Source: Thainema sp. (GTDB lineage: Bacteria > Cyanobacteriota > Cyanobacteriia > Phormidesmidales > Phormidesmidaceae). Taken from it: a stretch of 11,354 nucleotides of DNA. Below are positions 1 through 7,278 of the stretch, in pieces (the stretch's first letter is position 1; every line of letters begins with the position of its first letter). The DNA is taken from contig JBQLZK010000117.1 in assembly GCA_052168235.1 (NCBI GenBank), positions 1 through 11,354 on the forward strand, written 5' to 3'. Position numbers and translations under genes: made by a program. The notes beneath the pieces were generated by a model. That model saw nothing but the letters and a program-made list of their open reading frames with translations. It had not been told where the DNA came from and made no database searches.

Positions 1-1206
1 TGGTTAGTCAAGAATTAATTGACGGGTAAAGTCGTTTCAACTTAATGCGTGCGTCCTCGGTGGTGAAGCGCCAATCAATCCACGTTTGCTGCTGATTGCG
101 GGTCTCTACCCAGGCTGAAACTTCACGTTGCAGGGGTTCAAATTCAGCGATGCGTCGGTCTAAACATTGACGAGCCAGAATACTCAACTCAATCTCGGCC
201 ATATTCAACCAACTGCCGTGCTTAGGGGTATAGCAAAATTCCAGGCGATTGAGAATGCGACGCGCCTCGGCCGGTTCAAAGGCTTTGTAGAGAGAGGCGG
301 GTGTATGGGTGTTGAGATTGTCTTGCACCACCGTGATTAGCAGGGCATCGGGATAATGCAGATCGACAACATCTTTGAGCAAATGAGCATAATCAACAGC
401 GGTGCGCTGTCGCGTCACCTCAACGTGTCGCCACCCCGCTATCGGTTCACATAGCATGAATAGATTGGCGGTGCCGTTGCGCTCATATCGAAAATCCTGT
501 CGCTGTGGCTGTCCCGGTTGTGCCGGCACTGGTGCGACGGTTTCTTTGACGAGCTGTTTCATCGCTTCGTCAAGGCAGATGATGGGGAAGTCAGGGTGAT
601 AGCGGCGCTGGTAAACTTCCAGCACGGATTCCATTTGGCAGACAAATTCGGCATTCTGTTCTGGCGGAATTACCCAGCAGTCTTGTTTCCAAGGCTGTAA
701 TTCGTTTTTTTCAGCGTTTGCCGAATGGTTTCATGACTCACGCTCTCAACATGGCCGAGTTGCACCATGTGACTTGCCAGCAAGCGCAATGTCCACCGCG
801 CCTGACCCGCCGGAGCCTCACTACAGACCAAGGCAATCAAATGGGCTTCTTGTTCGCCATTCAAGCAGCTTTGTTTGCGTCCACCCCCGGTGCGTCGCAC
901 TAATGATGCCTCCAGCCCGAACTCCACAAAGCGACGGCGGACGCGTTCGACCGTGCGAACCCCGACGTCGAGGGCCGTCGCAATCGCCTGATCTGACCAA
1001 CTGCCGTTGGGTTGATTGCAGTCGGCTTTGAGCAGAATGCGCGCACGGGTAATGTGATCCGCCGCGCGACGGCCCGTTGTCGCGAACTATCCTAAGTAAG
1101 TCCGTTCTTCAGCACTCAAATCCACGATGTATTTCTTGACCATGACCGAAAGTAAGAGGTGTTTTTCTTACTTTAGCTGGCCGTCATCTATTTGTTGACG
1201 CACCAG
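1..1206 (-). mobile_element. IS630-family insertion sequence (left edge at or just outside the window start)
   Basis: Imperfect TIRs: 1-25 TGGTTAGTCAAGAATTAATTGACGG vs reverse complement of 1181-1205 TGGTGCGTCAACAAATAGATGACGG (19/25). TA target dinucleotide at 1207-1208. Encloses an IS630 transposase. Confidence 0.9.
8..1143 (-). pseudogene. IS630 transposase (OrfA/OrfB joined by a -1 frameshift) with a premature stop in OrfA
   Basis: From ATG 1143 it reads MVKKYIVDLSAEERTYLG*FATTGRR...RARILLKAD...WTLRLLA...SHETIRQTLKK, with in-frame TAG at 1087-1089. The slippery A7C at 704-711 shifts to NELQPWKQDCWVIPP, then the DDE domain (CLDE, VQDNLNTH, YTPKHGSWLNMAEIE). Confidence 0.9.
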
Positions 1207-1344
1207 TAGGCAGTTAGAGAGTTTGAGCAGAGAGACGATGGTTGAACGCTTGAGCAGTAGGGGTTTTGAGCTTGTCTATATAGGGATTCAGGCTCAGTCC
1301 TCAGCATTTCAGGCTTAATTTAGTGATGTACCGCACTTGTCGAG

Positions 1345-2027
1345 GTGAGCTTGGTCATGGGTGGAGTTGCGATCGCAATTTATAAGGGCAGTGCCAAACT
1401 GTTCTTCAAACGGATGGCCCAAGCACTGGATATCCCGACTGAGAACGGCGAAGGGAAAGCGCTCAACGTTGACGATCAGAAAGATGAGCTGCTGGATAAT
1501 ATCGGCTCACACACACTGCTGATTTTGCCGGAGGCCAAGCGGCTTTCGGCATCAATTCGCTATTGGTTGGAAGATGCGATCGCAAATGGGTGTCGCGTCG
1601 TTATGTTTTCACCTGTGAACCTTGGCCGGGATATCTTTCTCAACCTGCTAGAGATTGAGCTGGAGCTGCCCAGTGATGCCGCAATTCGTCAGGTGATGGA
1701 GCAAGAGGCACAGCGACAAGGATTACAACTTTCCCGCGCAGAACTGGCCGAGTTGCAACCGCTGGCCGGACGCAACCCGATGTTGGCCAAAAGGTTGTCC
1801 GGCAGCGCAAGTTAGGCATCAAACACCAGAAGCCAGAACACACTCAATACATTGTGATCATGCCCGTCATCGTTGCCTGTCTGATGGCCTTTGGCATCGT
1901 GCGCTTTGTCGGCCTGGGTACGGATAACAGGTCACTGTATATCTTCGGCGGTGTAACGCTGGTGGCCGGAATGACGCTAAAACAGTTGGGTAGTGTCAGA
2001 GGCGCAAGGAAGCGGTTAGGGCAGTAA
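1345..2027 (+). pseudogene. 5'-truncated, frameshifted ATPase-like protein with C-terminal transmembrane segments
   Basis: ORF 1345-1815 has a degenerate Walker-B-like LLILPEAKRL and a lid-like LAGRNPMLA but no Walker A. The -1 frame after A4 at 1789-1792 continues KVVRQRKLG...YIVIMPVIVACLMAFGIVRFVGLG...LYIFGGVTLVAGM...RLGQ* to TAA 2025-2027. Family assignment is from recall. Confidence 0.65.
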
Positions 2028-2110
2028 AAGTTTTGCTCTCAAAATGAGGAAACTGCAAATTGTCCTTTGTAGATTAGAAGTACCACCATTTGCTTAGAAG
2101 GGGGTGCTCT

Positions 2111-2719
2111 ATGAGCAACAGCGAGAGTAAACCGTCTGAAGACCGTCCTTGGTTGAAAGGACTCATTTTCCCGATCCTGATTGCGCTGATTGCTGGAGGC
2201 ACCTCGCCCTGGTGGATTAAGTTATTCCCCGGTGGCAGCAATGCATCAACGAATCCACCCGGCACTGTAACAAATACAGATCGCTCTGTAATCATTGATG
2301 GGTCAGGAAACCAAGTGGACAATAGCGATCACTCGATTAATTTGGTTGGCGAAGGCAATCAGATCAACATTCAAAAAGAGTCAGAAGCCCGTTCTAGAGG
2401 GGAATTTGATATTCCTACTATTTCTGGAATGAGCTATCACGAGGCCCGTGCCAAGTTGGTTGATGAAGGATGGGTTCCTCAGACCCAGCGCCATTTCTAC
2501 GGAAATCAGCCTGACATGCAGTTTGGCAATGCCCCAACATTTTGGGATTTAGGATATTGGGAAATCGTAACTTGTTCGGGAAGTGCAGAAGCGTTCTGTC
2601 GGTTTGAGTTCGCTGACCCCAGCGGGCGGCTGGCTATTGAGACGGCTGGCATTGAAGATAAAAGTGCAGGAATGGAAGCCCAGGTGAATCGAGTCTTCTT
2701 TGTTGATGAGGAATTGTAG
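2111..2719 (+). CDS. Membrane-anchored hypothetical protein
   Basis: Likely ATG at 2111. Hydrophobic WLKGLIFPILIALIAGG segment, then an N/S/G-rich linker, then a globular C-terminal domain (MSYHEARAKLVDEGWVP...CSGSAEAFCRFEF) with a Cys pair. Confidence 0.75.
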   Translation: MSNSESKPSEDRPWLKGLIFPILIALIAGGTSPWWIKLFPGGSNASTNPPGTVTNTDRSVIIDGSGNQVDNSDHSINLVGEGNQINIQKESEARSRGEFDIPTISGMSYHEARAKLVDEGWVPQTQRHFYGNQPDMQFGNAPTFWDLGYWEIVTCSGSAEAFCRFEFADPSGRLAIETAGIEDKSAGMEAQVNRVFFVDEEL

Positions 2720-2761
2720 TAGTTTTCGCCAATTCAAGTTTCTGAATCTCACCTGAGAACA

Positions 2762-2813
2762 CGACTCAGACTTCTCATCTAACCCTTAAGCCAACTTCAG
2801 ATCCGACTCAGAG
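2762..2813 (+). promoter_or_regulatory. Putative tandem direct-repeat operator upstream of the repeat-protein gene
   Basis: YTYA-core heptamers at 2774, 2785, 2796 and 2807 (exact 11-bp period). CGACTCAGA occurs at both 2762-2770 and 2804-2812. Confidence 0.4.
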
Positions 2814-2893
2814 CAGGTTCAGGCTGGCCCTCCACTATAGGAATCAACAAAGGAAAGCAAACCACTTGATTCCGCCTAAGGAGGCCCCCACTC

Positions 2894-3313
2894 ATGAAAT
2901 CTCTATTCGCTAATCTTTCCATCCTCGCTATTGCTGCTGCTGTTGTTGCTCCCGCAGCCGGTGCCGCTGAACTGACTCCCCAAACCAAACTCAATGAGCG
3001 CTTTGAGCAAGAACGCATCGAAACTCTCAACCAGCTTACCGACCGTTTTGAAGAGTCCCGCGATCAAGTTCTCAACAAAGGTCTAAACGATCGCTTCAAA
3101 GATGAACGCATTCAAACCCTCAACAGCTTGACGGATCGTTTTGATGAGTCTCGTGACGAAGTACTCAACAAGGGCTTGAATGACCGTTTCAAGCAAGAGC
3201 GAATCCAAACCCTCAATAGTCTGTCGGATCGCTTCGAGCAAGAGCGGATTGAAACGCTGAATCAGCTAACAGATCGCTTTGACGATGCTCGTGATCAGAA
3301 CTTAGACAGCTAA
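2894..3313 (+). CDS. Secreted protein made of seven charged 15/16-aa helical repeats
   Basis: AGGAGG RBS at ~2879-2884. Sec-type signal peptide MKSLFANLSILAIAAAVVAPAAGA. Mature part is L-x-[DE]-RF-x3-R-x3-L[ND] repeated seven times. A hairpin follows the stop. Confidence 0.85.
   Translation: MKSLFANLSILAIAAAVVAPAAGAAELTPQTKLNERFEQERIETLNQLTDRFEESRDQVLNKGLNDRFKDERIQTLNSLTDRFDESRDEVLNKGLNDRFKQERIQTLNSLSDRFEQERIETLNQLTDRFDDARDQNLDS
2990..3310 (+). repeat. Coding tandem repeat, seven 45/48-bp units
   Basis: LNERFEQERIETLNQ / LTDRFEESRDQVLNKG / LNDRFKDERIQTLNS / LTDRFDESRDEVLNKG / LNDRFKQERIQTLNS / LSDRFEQERIETLNQ / LTDRFDDARDQNLDS. Confidence 0.9.
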
Positions 3314-3348
3314 TCCTTTCCTTTTCTCATCCATCCCGCTCCACTACT

Positions 3349-3378
3349 TCCCCCAGGTTCACGCTTGGGGGATTTGTT
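3349..3378 (+). terminator. Hairpin, probable intrinsic terminator of the repeat-protein gene
   Basis: TCCCCCAGG-ttcacg-CTTGGGGGA followed by TTTGTT. Confidence 0.6.
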
Positions 3379-3420
3379 CACCGATAAAGCTTGGAATCAG
3401 CTTGCTTTCCGTGATTCCAT

Positions 3421-3457
3421 CCCTCCTGCATTCACCTGTGGGAGGGTTCTTGCTTTT
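3421..3457 (+). terminator. Second GC-rich hairpin with T-rich tail
   Basis: CCCTCCTGCA-ttcacc-TGTGGGAGGG (with G-U pairs) followed by TTCTTGCTTTT. Confidence 0.55.
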
Positions 3458-3504
3458 AGCCGCTGAACGGGCATTCTGATTGGAAGACTTTCCCTTGAAT
3501 GCCC

Positions 3505-3632
3505 ATGATGGCTATCACCCACGCCGCGATCGCATCGGCTGGCGTTGCGCCCAACAACCCCCAGCACCAACCGAACTTACACCAGCGCCGCACAGTAAAG
3601 CGAGCGAACCGGTTGAATCTGCGATCGCTCTT
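3505..3632 (+). pseudogene. Collapsed gene remnant (membrane metal-dependent-hydrolase-like N-terminus plus a piece related to the fragment at 10994-11264)
   Basis: MMAITHAAIASAGV resembles the start of YdjM-like membrane hydrolases (recall). 3615-3632 is 17/18 identical to 11190-11207 and both encode ESAIAL. Confidence 0.4.
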
Positions 3633-4010
3633 CAATTCATTGGCACAATCACTTCGAAACACACCAGCTTCATTACTTCACATAGACAAGAATGAAAAGA
3701 TAAGATAAGATAGCACGCTCTCGTTCCAAAATTTGGGGGCATTCGGTTAACTCGACTATCTCGCAAGCTCAAGAATTACCGCCCTACCCTACCACTCAGC
3801 CCCATCACTCAAGCAATACAACCTTTACCCTCATACTTGGAGCTATAACTCCACCCCTATCTCAGCAGCAGATAAAAACGCAAACGCAGACGAATTAAAG
3901 CAAAGAGAACGGAAGAAGTCTGAAGAGATTCAAAGACTCATGTGCTCGGCAGCAGCCATACGCCCAAATACTGGAGAGTAGGGAGCAACGTTTTATCGAT
4001 CCGCTACACC

Positions 4011-4364
4011 ATGCGTTTAGAAGACCGACATCCCTCAAACTGCGATCTTGACCTGCTCAATCCAACAGACATCATTGAACACATGATTGACCTACGCCTA
4101 CAAATGGCTCAGCTGGAGCAGCAAGTGAAAGAGTTACAGCCAGCTTTCTTCGCCGCCTGTCTCACCTTCAATCGGGAGAGCATCGAACTCAAACGAGCCA
4201 CAATCAAACGCCGTCTCACACCTGGCAAATGGAGTTATGACCCCGAAATCACCGAGCACGAACACTTAGTCAAAGCTCTCAAGCGACAGTTCCAAAACGA
4301 CCATGACCCCGTCAGTGGTCGAGAGCTCATTTGGATCGTCAAGCTTCTTCTGGCTCAGACGTAG
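4011..4364 (+). CDS. Hypothetical 117-aa protein with coiled-coil segments, convergent with tniQ
   Basis: ATG at 4011 and protein-like composition with heptads (MIDLRLQMAQLEQQVKEL). Its 3' end overlaps the tniQ 3' end by 26 bp. Confidence 0.7.
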   Translation: MRLEDRHPSNCDLDLLNPTDIIEHMIDLRLQMAQLEQQVKELQPAFFAACLTFNRESIELKRATIKRRLTPGKWSYDPEITEHEHLVKALKRQFQNDHDPVSGRELIWIVKLLLAQT

Positions 4365-4893
4365 CTCCCATCTGTTCAAACGGTAACCAACAGCGTTCGC
4401 AACGACCAAGCGCCCACAAGCTGGGAAGTCGTAAGGCGGTTTGACAGGCTGGGCATTGAGTCAGAAAAGGCGCGTGGTGGCTCGGACAATCAACTAAATC
4501 AGCCCGTTGCCAACACCGACGATGAATCGGTTCCGCTCGATAGCACGCCGCACACAGACGGGTCGTGGGAGAAAGTGACCCGTTTGGCGGGAACAACAAC
4601 GGCGTCAGCTGTTGAGACGTCAGCTGCATCAGGTGGGCCAGTTGATCTAGTTGCGCTTCTGTTGGCTGACACCGTCGGGAAGGCGTTTCCCATGCCGTCA
4701 TTAACGCGCGATCACACGCCGTCTTAATCGCGACCGAAGATGAGCGATCGCAAGCCGATTCAGAAAGTAGTTCGCCCAGGGTCTGCCGACTGAGTTGATT
4801 GGCACGCCGGAAACGCCCCAAAAAGTGCGAGAAACTTTCATCCCGACAGGGCTCTACACGAAATATCCAAGGACGCAAGGGCGGACACCTCAT
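4339..4893 (-). CDS. tniQ: TniQ, short type V-K CAST-like form
   Basis: PWIFRVEPCRDESFSHFLGRFRRANQLS matches the V-K TniQ N-terminus. Zn-binding motifs RLCAACY...H...C..H, CPAC and CERC. Start overlaps the tnsC stop (ATGA). Confidence 0.93.
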   Translation of the reverse strand: MRCPPLRPWIFRVEPCRDESFSHFLGRFRRANQLSRQTLGELLSESACDRSSSVAIKTACDRALMTAWETPSRRCQPTEAQLDQLAHLMQLTSQQLTPLLFPPNGSLSPTTRLCAACYRAEPIHRRCWQRADLVDCPSHHAPFLTQCPACQTALRLPSLWALGRCERCWLPFEQMGATSEPEEA

Positions 4894-5681
4894 CGATACT
4901 CAGAGGCCACTTCTTCCAGGATGGTCTTCGAGATCCGGTTTTTTCCACGCTCCAGTGACGTAATCGCGGCGGTTCTTAAAACCATATCCAGCAAGCCAAT
5001 ATATCCCTGAGTTGTTGTGTTCAAAATCCGTTGCATCGGGACACTTGTGAGTTGTGACGGTTCTGGTAGTTGCAAGACGTGCTTCTCCCAAAGTCCCGTC
5101 GTGACTTTAAGCTGCTGGCTATTCAGCCGTTGCACCCGATGGCATGCCATAAATCGGTTATAGATTTGTTCGTCACGGCGCACTACCGCATCTAATCGGT
5201 CGGTGCCGACTAGGACGACCGCAATTTCTAGTTTGTCAAACACGTCTTGGATATCGGAAAACGTTTTCGGTCTTAGGCGATGGGCTTCATCAACAATCAA
5301 CAGCTCGACCTGGCAAGCCCTTAAGACCTGATACACCCGGCGGCGCACTTCGGATAGGGTGCCTCGGCTGAGCTGATATTGCAAGGCATCAAGTACCCCC
5401 TCAAAAAAGTCTCTGGGGCCGCTCTCTTGCGGGGCATGCCAATATAGAACCGGGACGATGGGTGGCTCGCCTGAACGCTCTTGGGCTGGATGATTCCATG
5501 CATAGGCCGTACAGGCAACCGATTTGCCCGTGCGAGAATCGCCCACCACCCGGCAAGCCTGTCGCGCCAACCGTTTACTATCCAACCAGCGGTGGAATGT
5601 CTCCATCGGCTCCACGGATACCACACACCGTTTTTGCAGTCGGGCAATCGCGGTGATGGCAAAGTCGTCATCGCTCATCAT
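4890..5681 (-). CDS. tnsC: TnsC (TniB-family AAA+ ATPase)
   Basis: Walker A GDSRTGKS, Walker B LLIVDEAH, plus IAVVLVGTDRLDAVVRRDEQ, GYIGLLD and C-terminal LEEVASEY as in V-K TnsC. ATG at 5681 follows GGAGG and overlaps the tnsB stop. Confidence 0.95.
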   Translation of the reverse strand: MMSDDDFAITAIARLQKRCVVSVEPMETFHRWLDSKRLARQACRVVGDSRTGKSVACTAYAWNHPAQERSGEPPIVPVLYWHAPQESGPRDFFEGVLDALQYQLSRGTLSEVRRRVYQVLRACQVELLIVDEAHRLRPKTFSDIQDVFDKLEIAVVLVGTDRLDAVVRRDEQIYNRFMACHRVQRLNSQQLKVTTGLWEKHVLQLPEPSQLTSVPMQRILNTTTQGYIGLLDMVLRTAAITSLERGKNRISKTILEEVASEYR

Positions 5682-7099
5682 CGACCCAACCTCCAATAAC
5701 CAGGGGCATCTTCGTAATATCGGACTTCAACATCCGGAACATCGTCATACGCGATCTCATCCTCATCCTCCTCTTCAATGTCCGTATTGACTTGGGACTT
5801 AGACGTAGATACAGGCTCGACTTCCGGTAAAACTAGTTGAGCCGAAGGCACAGGTACAGGCGGTTGAGCCGGAATCAATCCTTGAGAGGCTTGGCCATCG
5901 CGCCAGCGCACTTCCTCTAGAATGGCTTGATTGGTAATGAGACGGCCTTGGCGACGGAGGCGACGACTAATGGCTTTGGCTTCGGCCACCGACAGGCTCT
6001 CTGTCTCTAAGTCTTGGGCATGGGCACGAGCCAGAAAGAGATCTTTCCCATTCTCGTATTGGTACACCCAGATGGTCGTGATGTCTTGGGGGTTATAGCG
6101 AATCACCACTTTCTCTCCGGCATAACCCGCCAGGTGCTCGCCGCGATAGGTCACGTTCTGAAACTGTAGGTACCCCCCGCGATAGACGGTACGAGATTCT
6201 CGGCGCATTAAACAAATATCGAGTTCGCGTTCACTCAGCAGCGGCAGTTGAGCGAGGCAACCCGCTTGCCAGCGTTCGATACGACTTTGGTCACCCATGC
6301 GCGCATCCAGATTGCGATTGTAGCGATCTACGATGTAGCGCACCAAGATGCGTTCTAACGCCGTCAGGGTCAAGCTGGCAGTCGTCTCGGCGGCTTTGGA
6401 ACGCGATTGGGTGTTGCTGCCGGTATAGCCGGGTAAGGCCGAGAACACTTCACTATTGAAGGTGCCAAACGGGCGTTCCACAATACCACCGTCAGACGGG
6501 CGGCGGCGATGGCACAGCACAATCCCCAGTTCGTTCGCCACTTGTTCAATATGCAAGGAGTGGAATTCTTTGCCGTTATCGGTGTAGAGGTAAGCTGGAA
6601 TGCCGTAGGTGTCCCAACTATGGCTCAGTTCGTAGCCACTGCTGTAGCGTTTTGGCAGGATGGCGTGACGTAACGCTAGACACACGAGCACCGCACTCGG
6701 CGGCTCCATCCCCAAATGCAGACCCATGATGCAGCGTGAATAGCTATCGACTACGGTCGTCAGCCACGGGCGGCCCAATATTTCGCCGCTTTGATCCACC
6801 ACCAACACATCCACCTTCGTGTGATCCACTTGCCACACTTGGTTACTATGCTCAACGTCGATCTCTAACCCGCTACGCGTCTTGATCTGTAAGCGCGAAC
6901 CTCGCCATCCCACACTCCCAATCTGTTCCCGGCGACGCTTCTTTTCGAGCTCTGGGCGTAGCAATCGGTAGACGCTCATCCGGCCTGGATGGCTCTCTAA
7001 GCCCTGCTCAGAGGCCCGAGCACGTACCCGCAAGTACACTTGGGCCGGACTCAATCGTCGCCCGTCTCGATTTCCCTCTCGCCACGTCTCCACGATGTA
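5678..7099 (-). pseudogene. tnsB: TnsB DDE transposase, C-terminal 473 codons (gene interrupted)
   Basis: WQVDHT, RPWLTTVVDSYSRCIMG, LYTDNGKEF and GGIVERPFGT catalytic motifs. Mu-like C-terminal domain (YRGEHLAGYAGEKVVIRYNPQDITTI) and an acidic tail. Confidence 0.95.
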
Positions 7100-7138
7100 G
7101 GGGTACTGCAAGCGTAGCTGCAACGAAGTGCCATAAGC
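7100..7138 (+). repeat. Left terminal inverted repeat of the Tn3-family element
   Basis: GGGGTACTGCAAGCGTAGCTGCAACGAAGTGCCATAAGC. Confidence 0.96.
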
Positions 7139-7278
7139 CCAAAACGGCTGAGATATATAGGCTTCAGCCATCGATTTTTGCCGCTATAGCAACCCATCAA
7201 ACGCTTAAGGGATAAGTTTTGTTTATACCATCCTGCGTTATTTTACGCTCACTAGAGACGTGATTCTAGAGGCGTAAG

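Noticed and set aside
2936..2943. GCTGC+TGT matches the predicted TSD/right-end junction
   Set aside because: It lies inside Ala/Val codons of an intact signal peptide and no TnsB sites follow.
2990..3310. Periodic DNA as a possible CRISPR array for the CAST-like module
   Set aside because: The units are in-frame coding repeats with synonymous variation and no unique spacers.
3716..3743. CTCGTTCCAAAATTTGGGGGCATT resembles the terminal left-end site and could be a right end
   Set aside because: No terminal TGT, no GCTGC duplication and no further TnsB sites. The similarity needs a gap and several mismatches.
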